A stretch of DNA of 64,000 bases, from positions 16,324,140 through 16,388,139 of the forward strand of contig CP154954.1 in NCBI GenBank assembly GCA_039621445.1. The letters are read 5' to 3'. Every line of letters starts with the position of its first letter. The first letter of the stretch is position 1. The translations under genes were made by a program, and so were the position numbers. Source of the stretch: Euglena gracilis. Its lineage: Eukaryota. Below, piece after piece: positions 1-11,911 of this stretch. Under the pieces are notes generated by a model. That model did no database searches and had not been told where the DNA came from. It saw nothing but the letters and a program-made list of their open reading frames with translations.

Positions 1-756
1 CCGAGGGATTGGGCCCAAGTCATGATTGAAAGGGGGCACATTTGCATGCTGGGCGCTTGGCCCCCGACTTGGCTGCGCTTGTCCCTGAGGTTGAAACCCT
101 GGCCTTGCCGTCAATTGTGATGGCAAGGCCGGGGGGGGGGTCAAATTTAGTCGGGCCAAATTTGCAGGTTAAGAATTTCGGCAGGCCATGCACAAAATGG
201 GCCAAAAACCTTAAACCTTAAAAATGTGGGGCCAAAGTCGCAAGGGAAGGCTGAAGCCTAACTTTAGGGGGACAGGTTCGCCTGTAAGGAGGAGCGGAGC
301 CAAGCGCCTGGGACTGGGGGGGGGGGGTATGTGATTGAACCCATTGGTTGGGTGCGACAAAAAACAGCTGCCGTGATATCTTCACCATCAATTCGTTTTG
401 ACTGCCATTTGCATTCCCCCTCTCAAAACTGGTCTATCTCTCAAAATTGCTGTTGGTTGAAAAGAATCCAGCTGTTTTCAGGAAGCTGGGGGCGCTGGTT
501 CTCCTCCCAAAACGTTCCGCAATAAACACACAATCCGACAACAAAGCCCACGCACACACAGTTCTGTCGCAGACCACATTGCAGGGGCTGCAGCGCATCG
601 GGACGCCTGCGCATGACGGACATCCGCTCGCCATCCACTTGGGAGGCAAGGAGTGGGTCAGGGAGTGGCCCCGTGGCCCTGTATTGCGGGTGGAAGCCGT
701 TGGGGTTTTGGGCCAGCTGTCCCCTCTTTTGGGCTTGTGGCCAAGCCGCCATATCA

Positions 757-889
757 CGGGGGGGGGGGTATGCAACTTGGCCTTTCGAATTATGCAAGTC
801 AAAAAAATGCAAAAAAATGCAACTTTCAGAAAAACCTGATTATGCAAAAAAATGCAAATTATGCAAGTTGCATATCTCCCCCCCCCCTG
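757..889. mobile_element. Short MITE-like element with G-run/C-run TIRs
   Basis: cGGGGG..TATGCAACTTG at the left is inverted to CAAGTTGCATATCTCCCC..CTG at the right. It is flanked by the 7-bp direct repeat CATATCA (750-756 and 890-896) and has internal ATGCAA repeats. Confidence 0.5.
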
Positions 890-2180
890 CATATCAACAT
901 CAACGGGGCCACACCGAAACGCCTGATGGGTGGGGGGGGGGTAAGGTACCTCCAGGCCAGAATGGGGGGGTGAGGGCCCCTCAACTATTCCTGCAGTTTG
1001 CATGAAAACTTTGGCCTAAAAATGGGCGTCTTGGAAAAAATGGAAAGGTGGGGGGGGACATGCAGGGGGGGGGGCGCAAAATATCCACACGGGCAGGCGA
1101 AAAAAATAACTGTATAAAACCGCACACAAGTACACACAATTGTAGAAATGCATGCACTGACATACACTGACTTCTGAAGAAAAAAAAACAGATTGTCAAC
1201 ATTCTGCTGTGACGGACTTTGGAAACATTTGTTTGTTTTTCAAAAAAAATTCACACTCAAGGGTTCTTGGCTCAGATGTGAAGGGTTCAGGGAGGCTTGA
1301 CCCAAAAATAGAGTCACCCAAAAGTGGGGAAGAAAAGACTCTGAGCCACTTAGGCGGCCCAACTCGCACTTAGCTTTGAAAGTGACTGTAAATTTGCGCC
1401 GACGCGCAAATCCAAAAAAAAGTTTGGTTTTCGAACACCGTGGCCTGAGACTCGAGACAATCCGAAAATAGTGTCTCCCTGCACCCCAGGGCCTGGGGAC
1501 GAAAGCAACGACCTGGAACTCCACGGTCCACGGGCACAGCGCTCCCGGGGCCCCGTGTGCCTGAATACGAAGCGGCGGGTAATAAAACGAGGGGACTCCA
1601 TTGCGCATTTGCGCTTTGGCGCATTTTTTTTTTTCATCACGAAAAAAACATTTGCGCTTTCACGCAAATTTTGACTTTTTTGTAATTCAACATGTGGGTG
1701 ACCATTGCCGCACTTGGACAATGATAACAACTTTTGTGTCAACATGTGTTTCCCTTGCGCCAAAGCGCAATGGGCAGGCTTATGAAGAATGGAAATTTAA
1801 GAGTTACCTTGCGCCAAAGCGCAAATAGAAATACAATTTTTAAAATTGTAAAAGCAACATGGCTTGCGCCGAAGCGCAAATATAACTACTTGAAACTTAT
1901 CTCACAACGGAGGGAGAGAACGGCCCGGGTAGAGTATGAACACCAGAGGTGATAGAGCACAAGATATAGTGCAGGGGGACGGAAGCCTACTCTCAGTCAC
2001 GTTGCCTTAAAATGGGTCAACATTGCGCGTCGGCGCAAGAGCCACGCTGCTTTGCGATTTTAAAAAGTGCATTCCCATTGCGCTTTGGCGCAATGTAACT
2101 CTGAAATTTCTATTCTTCATAAGCCTATCCATTGCCTGTGGAGCAACAGTTATCAATTTTTAATTTCTCATGTTTATCAC

Positions 2181-3410
2181 TGCGGGTGGAGAGAGCAGTC
2201 TTGGATCAATCTCATCACCAGAGCGAACATAAGGTGGAGGGAAGCCTTGCCTGGGACAGGAAGCCAACCCCCTGGTGTGTGAAAGCAACCACCAACTTCA
2301 TGACATCCAGACGTGTGTTGTTCTATGCGTTGTAAAACCAACTTCCACTGCCGGAGGTTCCTCCCACTTGCCTCGCAGTTAAGCGTGCCTGAGGGGCCCT
2401 TCTCTTTGGCCGACTTTTGAAAGTCGGAAAAAATTCTGTTTGGAAAAGAACAGGTGCCAGATGAACCCTGGGAATCACAGCCGAGGAAACAGTTTTAGGC
2501 GTCGAAAGGGTGTTTTAAAGAAGCTCGTCACCCCCCTTTCCTCGCCCACGATTTAAAGCACACCACTTTAAGGATGAGCGAATGGAATTGAGAAACTGAA
2601 AGGGCCCATCAACAACGGCGGAGAAGGGAAGACATGATGACACACCTTTTTTCGGTAATTTGCAACCCACCAGACAGCCATATACCACCGGGCAGATGGA
2701 GGGCATTGTTCAGCCGAAAAAGGTCTTTCTGTCAACATCCCAAAAAACCCCACTTTGTGCACTAAGTGAAGGTCACTGAGGCACCACAGCCTACCGCCCA
2801 CAATTGGTCTTATTGGAACAGCCACTTCCTCCCCAGCGCCTGAATAGTTCAAAAGCACCAACCCAGCTTCTGGCACAGCAGTGCTCAAACCCTCCTCATC
2901 ATTCTCCTCTATCCCCCACCTTCTCACACAGCAAGCATTCAAACACATCTGCCATTTGAAAAAGCATTTGTGTCGGGGGCCCCTCTCTGAACGGCCAGTG
3001 TGCGGGCTTGGTGAGGAAATACATTGCTCCGAAGCGCAAGGGACATGCCTACATAATGCACTGCTTGTTCATTCAGATTACACGTTAGCTGCGTGTTTGC
3101 ACTTTGTATGCAATGCGTGTTTGCACCATATTGTATGATGGTTTGCGCTTCGGCGCAATGCATTTCTTCACCAAGTCCGCACACTGGCCGTTCAGAGAGG
3201 CGCCCCAGACACACCGTAACACATCAAAGGGACTCCCAAAAGGGCTCCGCTCAGGGCCTTCTGTTTTAACTTGCGCTCAAGCGCAAATTTTTAACTTGCG
3301 CTTAAGTGCAAGTTAAAAATTTGCGCTTAAGCGCAAATGTCCATAAACATTGCCTTCTGTGCCCGGCAGTGTGGGGCCTGGCGTTGCTCACCAGACGTTG
3401 GGACAGGTCC
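2181..3410 (-). CDS. Putative chain of four micro-exons (3410-3392, 2839-2795, 2388-2343, 2250-2181), unknown protein fragment
   Basis: Each segment is bounded by AG and GT. Phases join into one open frame: GPVPTSGAGEEVAVPIRPIVGGTLNCEASGRNLRQWKQGFPPPYVRSGDEIDPRLLSPPA. No family recognised; spliced by hand. Confidence 0.35.
2969..3213. repeat. Foldback/MITE-like inverted repeat with ~70-bp arms
   Basis: 2969-3039 is the imperfect reverse complement of 3143-3213, with a ~100-bp spacer. Confidence 0.8.
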
Positions 3411-5542
3411 CTGGGCTTGCCCTCAGTCCCCCTAACCCCCCCCCACCTGGGTGGTTCCCGCTGTACCGCTCCTCGCACTTCAAGCACCCAGGGATCACAA
3501 CTCTGTGACACGCCGTTTTTTCCAACTTTTCACAACGTGTGTGTAGAGTCCATCCTCTGGATGCCTCAACAGGCAACCTTTCAGACACACATCGCAGAGC
3601 CCAAAAAAAGCAACAAAAAGGGCCACGTTACTCCCGGACTGTGTAGCACCATCCGGGGGAACACTGTCAAGGCTTCAAAAACGGGGACTCGCAATGGGGG
3701 TTTTGGCCCCTTTTGGGAAAATTCACGTGTCCCGGCGGTCAAACCCAGGGGTTTGGACCTTTTTCAAAATGGTGAACTGGCTGAAAAACACCAAAATTGG
3801 GCCTGTTCCCCAGGTTCCAACATCGGAAAATGATGCACACGCCACCGTGGTCTCCGCGGAACCAGAGGGTCAAAAGGGTGGGTTCTACCGCCAGGTCTCA
3901 AAGAAATCGAAAATTTGCGCGAAAGTGCAAGCTAAAATCAAAACCTTAAGTGCGAGTTAGGCCGACTAAGAGCCAGGCATCGAACTTTGAAAAAATAGCA
4001 TTCTGAGGATTTTGGCCGTTATACCTCTAAATTTTGGCTGGAAAACCCCAAACCAGCCTTCTGCTGGGATTTTGGGTGGCCGGTTCCAGCTGGATGGACA
4101 AAAGCATGCCATTCGCCCTCTTTGATCTAACCAATCTTCTCAGACTGGAAAAAAAAATTCCCAGAGGTCTCTTCCCAGTCTCTTCCCAGAGGGTCATGCA
4201 AATCCTCTAACCTGCAGCCTTGAGTAGTGGTCGCAGGGATCCACTGGTTTGGCACTGTTGGGCGACCGTGCCCAAAGGTTCTGTCTGTTTTGAGTTGTGT
4301 GACCCATCAAAAACCTAAATGAAATGAATCAGAGGATTGTTGAGGGACCCGGGGGTCAATAAAAAAGGTGCTGGATAAACCGGAAACCAAAGAATGCCCC
4401 AAATCAGAAGCGACCAGGCAGCTCTCCCCAACCGCTCCCACCAAAGCAGGCTCGGTTTGAAATAGTAATAAAATTCCTTGATATATGCATTGGGGTTTGG
4501 AGAGGACGACGAGAACCCACTTCTGGCTTTGGCGGAGGCAGCCGCCGCAAAAAAAAAGACAAACAGACAAAAAGTCAACAAATAAAAGCTCTGCTTTGAA
4601 AGAGCTTCTGCTGCCATTGACGCGAAGGGGGTTGAACCAAACACGAACAATTCAAAAACCTTCCCCTCTAACCCCCCCCCCACTTGTAAAACCCACCCCA
4701 CTTGTAACCCCCCCCCCCTGGGCCGACCAACCAAGGTAGTGGGTAGCGGGTGGGTGGAGGAAGACTCAACGGGTTCCAAAAAAAAACCCTCAGATATTTT
4801 CTTCCTTGACGTCATCTCACTTTTCATTTCATTTCTTTGCTCCTTGTGCGCTTCCATCGAGCTATTTTCTCAGGAAAAAGAGAACAGAACCTTTTCTGGC
4901 TTGATTTGGTGAGATGTTGTTCATCTTTTGCTCCAAAATCTTGCAAGAACTTGAACCCCTATGCATTTTGATTTGGTGTCCTTTTTGGTGCGAATGACCT
5001 TTCCTGCGTATCTTTCTTCATACAGGGGGGATTTCAAAAATTTACCATCATGTTATATTGGCTGGAAAGCTAAAAAAGAAAAAAATGGATGTGTTGCGCC
5101 AGAAAAAGCAAGTGAAGATGGTTTTGGACCCCCCAAAATGACCCCGAATTTTTCGGCAAATTTGGTCAAAATGACATTTATGATAATGGTCGGTCTCAAA
5201 AAAATGCCAAAAAATCAGATTTTTTTTTTTTTTTTTGCCGCCGAAAAAATCGCCGCGGGGGGTTTTCATTTTTCTCCCCCGGGGGGTTTATCACCCTTGG
5301 GACTGGGGGGGCGGGAGGGCTTCCCCTTCGGCGACCCATTCTGTGAGTTGATTTGGGGTCGAAAATTTGGGCTTTGCACCAAAAATAGAAGAAAAAAACC
5401 TCCTTCCAACCCCGGGCACCAATTTATAATAAAAAAAAAGAGCCTCTGGTAACTGTGTGCATTGTGTACGTACATCTGCTGCAGGGCATTGAAACCAATT
5501 GACTGCCATTGACTGCCATTGAAACTGATCAACATCTGCCAA

Positions 5543-5584
5543 ACATGCGATCAATGACCAAGGAGGGGGTCATTGATCGCATGT
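5543..5584. repeat. Perfect 17-bp hairpin
   Basis: ACATGCGATCAATGACC, 8-nt loop, GGTCATTGATCGCATGT. Confidence 0.9.
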
Positions 5585-6051
5585 GAGCGATGGAGACCAT
5601 ACGTGGACACTGCAAGTGTGGGGTTCATAACCATGGGAGGGTTGCAATTCAACATGGACTCTCAACAAATGCAACAGAACAAAAAGCGAATAAAACAAAT
5701 AAGCTTCAAAAAAACACAAGGAATGGGAATTTGACAGGTATGAGTGCCAAAAAAATTTGTGCTCTGACTTCGACAAATACAATTGCTGGTCAAAAGAAAT
5801 TCAAAAATGAATGAAAAGCAATTGGCAAAAAAACAAAATAAAGTAAAATAAAAAATAAATTAAAATAAAATAAATAATTTAAAAGAAAACAAAGCACAAA
5901 ATTTCCTTCGTCGAATCCATTTTTGCAGAATAAGGAAATCGTTTAAACATACTAAATCTTTGTGATCGTTGCAAACAAAAGAAACTCAAACGGAGTTGGA
6001 ACTCATCCATCCATCCCTTTATGGGCGCTTGGCACGGGCTACGATTGAAGG

Positions 6052-6225
6052 TACGGCCCCGAGGGCAATTTGGGGGGAAAATCGAATGTTAAGAATTTAG
6101 GCCATGACAAAATAAGCCAAAAAAAGCCTAATGGGGGGGGCCAAGATTGCACGTTAAGGCCGAAGGTCAACTTTTGGGCCAAGTTTGCATGTAGGGAATA
6201 TGGAGCCAAGAGTGTGGGGGGGGAC
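6052..6225 (+). repeat. Copy of a diverged dispersed ~0.2-kb repeat family (other copies ~105-330 +, ~11189-11350 +, ~14849-15020 +, ~16200-16440 -)
   Basis: Copies share subsets of the motifs CGATTGA, TTAAGAATTT, GCAAGTTAAGGC, TTTGCATGTAAGGAGGAG and CCAAGCGCC..(G)nTA. Confidence 0.55.
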
Positions 6226-6754
6226 CCAAAGCTATAGAAACTGACCGCAAAAGGCCACAGACACTCCAACAACTCCACCCAAATAGCTTTTTCAGCACCT
6301 TTGGCTTTTCACTTCGGCACCTTTTGCAATCTTGCATCATCGCCTTCAAAAAAAAGAGCGTCTTAAAAAAGCGCCTTCAAAAAAAAGGCGGTCTCAAATG
6401 GGCCGAGTGGACCAGAACACTGCTTGCCTGCTTTTTTAAGAACGGGGGGGTGGTCTAGAACCCCCCCCCCCGGGTCACCAAACTGGAAAAAAAATCTCTG
6501 ATCCAGAGGCGATGTACAGAGGGAAGGGGAGGGGCCGCAGCAACCACAGGCGGTGAAGTGGTCTGGGGTAGGGCTGCAGATGTGGGAGGTCCAGGATGCT
6601 GAAATGGAGCTGAAAGCACAGGGCCTCCCAAGCAAGAAATGAGCGCAGGGGACAGACTGCACGTCACTTATCCGAAAAGCAGTGTCGGTAAACAAAGCAA
6701 TAATTGTCGGAATTATGCGGGGGGGGGGGGATGATTTGGATTGTGCGGCAATCA

Positions 6755-6882
6755 TATATATACATATATATGATACATATATATATATATATAGATTATA
6801 CATGATACATATATATGTATATATATATACATGATATGATACATATATATATATATTTATATATATATATATATATAGATTA
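6755..6882. repeat. Degenerate (TA)n microsatellite
   Basis: Read directly from sequence. Confidence 0.95.
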
Positions 6883-6990
6883 TACGGATTGTGCGGGTGA
6901 GAAATGCGGCGTAAAATCCTTTTGGCCATTGTTTGGTCGCTTCTATTCAATTTTCTAAACATTTTGTCAACTTTTTTGTTGCTTCAGGCA

Positions 6991-9900
6991 CTTAGGCGGC
7001 CGGATTCGCACTTAAGCTTTTTTCCTTTTGATGCGCGCAATTGCGCAAATGTACCATTTTTTTGTAACCCCTGGGACCCTGTACCCTGACACCCAGAACA
7101 CGATTTAAGAACCGTTACACCCATCTATTGGAGGGGATTAACTCCCAGTGGTCTGGTGTGCATGCTGCTTACCAGGTGACGTTAATAGGGCTGGGGGTGA
7201 GACTGGTGCTGTTGTACATCAAACGGGGGGAGAGGCACACACCCCTCGTGACGACACTTGGAAATGGTGCTGACGTGCTGGCTGAACTGGCTTGGTCACT
7301 GCCGCCACCGGTGAGAACATACGGAGCCTCATTAGATCACACCACCACAGACACACAGACTACGTGAGGCAGCCGTCACGCAATTGATGTGTGTTTATGC
7401 GCGCAATTGCGCAAATAAAAACAATTGTGTTTATGGGCGCATTTGCGCAAATAAAACGTAAACCGATGATGTTAAAATGACGTGTTGGTGGGCGCAAATG
7501 CGCGCACCAACAAATTTGGTGGTGTGCGCATTTACGCAAATGCGCGCACCAACACGTTTATGTTTACTTGCGCAAATGTGCCCACCAACACGTACTTTTA
7601 CTTTCTATGTTAAAAGACACCAATGAGGACCATGACCCTACGAGGCTTTAAAACGTAATGGGGGTGTTGGTGCGCGCAATTGCGCAAATAAACATAATTA
7701 CGTTGGTGCCCGCATTTGCGCAAATGCGTGCACAAACACTTTATGCACCGCTCCAAAATGATGTGTTTGTAGGAGCCTTAGAGCACACAAACAAAGTTGT
7801 GTTTATTTGCGCAAATGCGCGCACCAACACACATCAGTTGTGCGATACCATCTCCTCCTCCGTGACAGCTGGCGAACGCAACTCCTCACGCCAACCAATG
7901 GTTTGCACCACAATTACGTGGTGATGAAATTTGTGGTGAGAGGTGGTGTAGAGTGTTCACCGGAACACAGCATGTGACTGGCCAAAATTTGCCTGCCTTA
8001 CGTGTGTACATTTGCACTGCTGTTACCCGGCCCACACGACCTGTTCCTTTGGTGTCTTCTGTTTGGCAGTTAAATATCATGAATTGATGACATGCAAACG
8101 ACCTGTGACTGTTAGACACCTTTTCTGCAACAGGACTGCGTTACAAGAAGACAAAATAGGCACCTGAAATACCTGGGACGTGTCGGGCCGGAGTCCGTTT
8201 TACGGTTTTCTTTGCCATTTTTCCCTTGAAAAACGTAAAAAACACCAGTTTTTGTGCATAATTTGGGGGGAGTGGGTCCCACCGCTTTGATGCACCCAAT
8301 CCAAGGGTAAAGGTTCAACACTTCCTTGCATCCAAAGGAACGGGTGCTTGAGGGCTACTTCTCTTCGAATGCTGGTTGCCATGCACTGGCACCACGTCAT
8401 ACCCCCAGTCTTACACCCTGGTTGCGGGGTATAACGCGGTCGCTGTGGTGGGTGTCGTTGCACCGGGGAAGTGGATGCTGGCCTGTTGGGTGCTGAAGCA
8501 TCAGCAGCTGATGGGGCTTTAACAGCGGAGCCCAGGCCGCAGGTCAGCGGCAGGGCCCTTGGGACCCACAAATTGGGGCCGGTGGACGTGTACCGTTACT
8601 GGGTGGCTATGCACGCACCTTCTGGAGATCCTATGTCCCCATCTTTTGTAGGACCTGTCAATGGTCAAAAAACAGCACAATAACACCATATACCGGAGGA
8701 GACGGTGTGGTCATTTGCTTTCAACCCATTCAGAAGCCACTAAGGGTAGCAGTAAGAGGGCCAAATGCAATCGTTTTCTACTCCTCCATTAGTTGTTTAT
8801 TTGCGCATTTGCGTGCATCACGTTGTTTGTGGGCGCAAATGCGCAAATAAACATAGTAAATTGTGCAGTTTCTTCATACAGTTTATTTGCGCATTTGCGC
8901 CCACAAACAACGTGATGCACGCAAATGCGCAAATGAACAACATCTGCTGTCGGTGTTTGACGGTTGTGTTTCCGTCACACCGTTTTTATTTGTGTTTATT
9001 TGCGCAAATGCGCGCACCAACACAATTATGTTGGTGTGCGCATTTGCGCAAATGCGCGCATAAAACATAATTTTTGTTTGTGCGCGCATTTGCGCCCATA
9101 AGCTTGCGCCGTTGACAAACAGTGTGACAAACTCACCAACTGGATGGCCCGTCAGTCCGTACCGTCAGGGCCTCTATGTCACACCGTTTATCAACGGCGT
9201 CAGTTCATGGGTGCCAAAGCCCAACACTGGAAGGACAAAATTGTGTTTATGCGCGCAATTGCGCGCATCAACATTAACATGTTGGTGCGCGCATTTGCGC
9301 GCATAAACACAATTTTGTCCTTCCAGTGTTGGGCTTCTTCTGCAGGGTTCTTTGCCACACAACTGGTTCTGCGCATCCCGGGTACAAGCCGGGTGGGAGA
9401 CACCCGTTCCCCTTTATTCCCTTCATTCCCTGCGGACCCCATTTCATCCCCCCTGCGCTTCCCTTGCCCAACACCCCACACTCACCCTCCTTCCCCAGTG
9501 TCCTTGTCGCCGGCTTGGTCACACCACACCCACACCCCCCGGCACTTCCTCCCCGCACTTTAACAAACAGCCCCACAAACACCACACCAAGGTGCCGCAA
9601 GCAACGCAGTCCGGCAAACACCCAGGACGCACACCGCCGGCAGCTCGGACACACCCGGTGACACAGCCGAAAGGAGCAACAGGGGCAGCAAAGGTCCCGT
9701 TCCTATGGTGCTTTTTTGCGTTTTTTTTCCCTTTTGGCCGGCAGGGTCCCGGGGGTTTCGACGTACAATGTCCATTTTGGCACACCCCAAAAACACCATT
9801 TTTCGCCAAAGTCCCGGGGGTCTCCCAGCCAAAATCAGAATTTTGCTCGTTTTTTGCACTCTCTTGTTCACGTGTTTTCAAACCCCCCTGACCTCCACAG

Positions 9901-9991
9901 CCGAAACAAAGCACAATCAAAAAAATCGTAAATTTGCGCAAATGCGCAAAATCAAACGAAAAAAGCTTATGTGCGAATCCGGCCGCCTAAG
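6991..9991. mobile_element. Non-autonomous TIR DNA transposon, CTTAG-terminus family, 5-bp TSD
   Basis: Left TIR CTTAGGCGGCCGGATTCGCACTTAAGCTTT; right end AAAGCTTATGTGCGAATCCGGCCGCCTAAG (1 mismatch, weaker homology to ~70 bp). TSD AGGCA at 6986-6990 and 9992-9996. Dense GCGCAAAT/ATTTGCGC arrays and internal palindromes at 8792-8940 and 9217-9336. Confidence 0.9.
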
Positions 9992-10727
9992 AGGCAGAGT
10001 TTTGGTTACTTTTGACCCTCCGGTGCCCGCATCTGTGCTCCAGTTGCTACATCCAGTAGCCGCACAGCCACATCTGCTACTAAAACTGCTGGAGGGTGTT
10101 TGAAAAATACCTTTGACATCTGTGCACGGTAGGAAATCTGCAACTTTAGCCTAAAGTGCTGGCCAAAAAAATACCCAAAAACAGTGGCCCAGAAAGGCCC
10201 AAAGATTAAACCCTGGTCCAATGCGCCCCATCAAAGTAAGCTAGCTGAACCTCCTAAAAGGTCGACCTCCCCACAAAAAAGGAAACCCCTAGAGATGGGA
10301 AAAAAACCACAAAAAATAGACCTCGCCTGAGTCTGCATTTTTGGGGGTTTTTTGTTTAAAAAATTGTTGAAATTGTTGAAATTGTTGGCAGGGAGCCTTC
10401 TTTGCAGGAGGTCTGACTGGTTTGGGGGTGGCACTCTCACGGCTTACGAACAAAATTTATCCCCTTCCCAGGACCCCGAAGTTCTGGTGTGAACAGCAAG
10501 TATTCAAAAAAGCACATCCAAAAAATGAGATTAGATTTGAGCAACCAATCGAAACAGTGGTCCTGGGTCATATTTTGAGCAGGGATTATTATTTTTATTT
10601 TGCCTGCCAATTCTTTTCAGAATTCTGCACAATCCTGTTTTAGACTGATTTGGGCCAATTTTGATCATTTTAGTACATTTCGTAGATTTAGGGAAATCAC
10701 AAAAATTTATGCATTTGGCCCAAAACT

Positions 10728-10796
10728 TAATATATAATATATTATATATATATATATATATATTATAAATATATGCATATATATATATATTTATAT

Positions 10797-10827
<31 letters not shown>

Positions 10828-10838
10828 TATAAATATAT
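10728..10838. repeat. (TA)n microsatellite (copy 2 at ~31435-31557)
   Basis: Read directly from sequence. Confidence 0.95.
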
Positions 10839-11911
10839 GCATTGTGCGAAAAAAAGAGGATTATGCCTCCCACCCTGCCCTGATGCTTCAATTACCCCTC
10901 CCGAACACATCTCGGGGGCATAACCTCCCTTAAAAGAAGTAAGGGTCGCTGCAAGCGCAGCGTCCACTTAAAAATGCACCCCCCCCACAATCGGTCCACC
11001 ACGAGCACAGCCGTTCTTTTATTTGTGGGTGGGTCAGGAATGTGACATCAATGCAAATTGCGGAGAATGTGCAAGCACGATGCATTCTGTGAGGACGCTT
11101 TCTCCCATTATTCTCCTCCTGGCTGGATAAAAACACACACAATAAATTGGCTGAAACTGTCACACAACCGGATTGAATGTTCCTCCACGATTGACGGTAA
11201 AGCTGGGGTTGCCAACTTTAGGGGACCAAATTGCATATTAAGAATTTCAGCAAGCCAGCACAAAATTCAAAATTGGCCAAGAACATTAAAGGGGGGCAAG
11301 ATCGCAAGTTAAGGCTAAAGGGCACACAAAGAGGAGGTCCGAGTTGGAAAGATGGACCATAAAACGAAATGAGAAACCTCTCTTTTTCCCCTTCAAAAAG
11401 CAAAAAAAATAATCAAAACCCCAAACACTCATTTTATTTTGAGAAAAGACGATATGTTCAATGGAACTTTTATTCTATTGCCGAGCTGTAAAAATGGAAA
11501 CTTAACTAACCTTGAAACCTTTGATGCGGTTTGAATGCTCCAGGAATGTCGCTTTGACACGGGGGCGGGGGTGTCAACAGAATGGTAACAATGAAAACAG
11601 CAAATAACCAGGAAAGGGGTGAGTGTCAACAACATGGCGTGGACGGGATAAGGTGGATAACTTCCAAAATTTCCACAACTGGGTATGAAAATCATGAAGT
11701 GGGTCCCGAGGGAAGATTCGAGCTCAGTACGACCTTTATCAGTCAGGAAAGCAGTTTTCTAGCAGGAGCCCCTTGCTTGCGAACAATTTCCCAGCTGGCA
11801 ACCCGGGGACAGATGGGTTTGCGAGAGTGGGTGGGTGGGCCACTCAGCCGACCCAGGGGGGTGGGGGTGGGGGGGGGGTTGGGGTTGCACCGTGGGCCAG
11901 TCTGTCCCGGC

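Larger units (their letters stand above)
1349..3970. mobile_element. Non-autonomous TIR DNA transposon, CTTAG-terminus family, 5-bp TSD
   Basis: Left TIR CTTAGGCGGCCCAACTCGCACTTA; right end TAAGTGCGAGTTAGGCCGACTAAG is its reverse complement with 2 mismatches. TSD AGCCA at 1344-1348 and 3971-3975. Many internal TTGCGC/GCGCAA motifs; no transposase ORF. Confidence 0.85.

Noticed and set aside
10008-10090. WD40-like peptide VRLLDVATGAQMRAPEG on the minus strand
   Set aside because: A single short match lacking the WD and GH residues; the SNP between copies is synonymous in a different frame.
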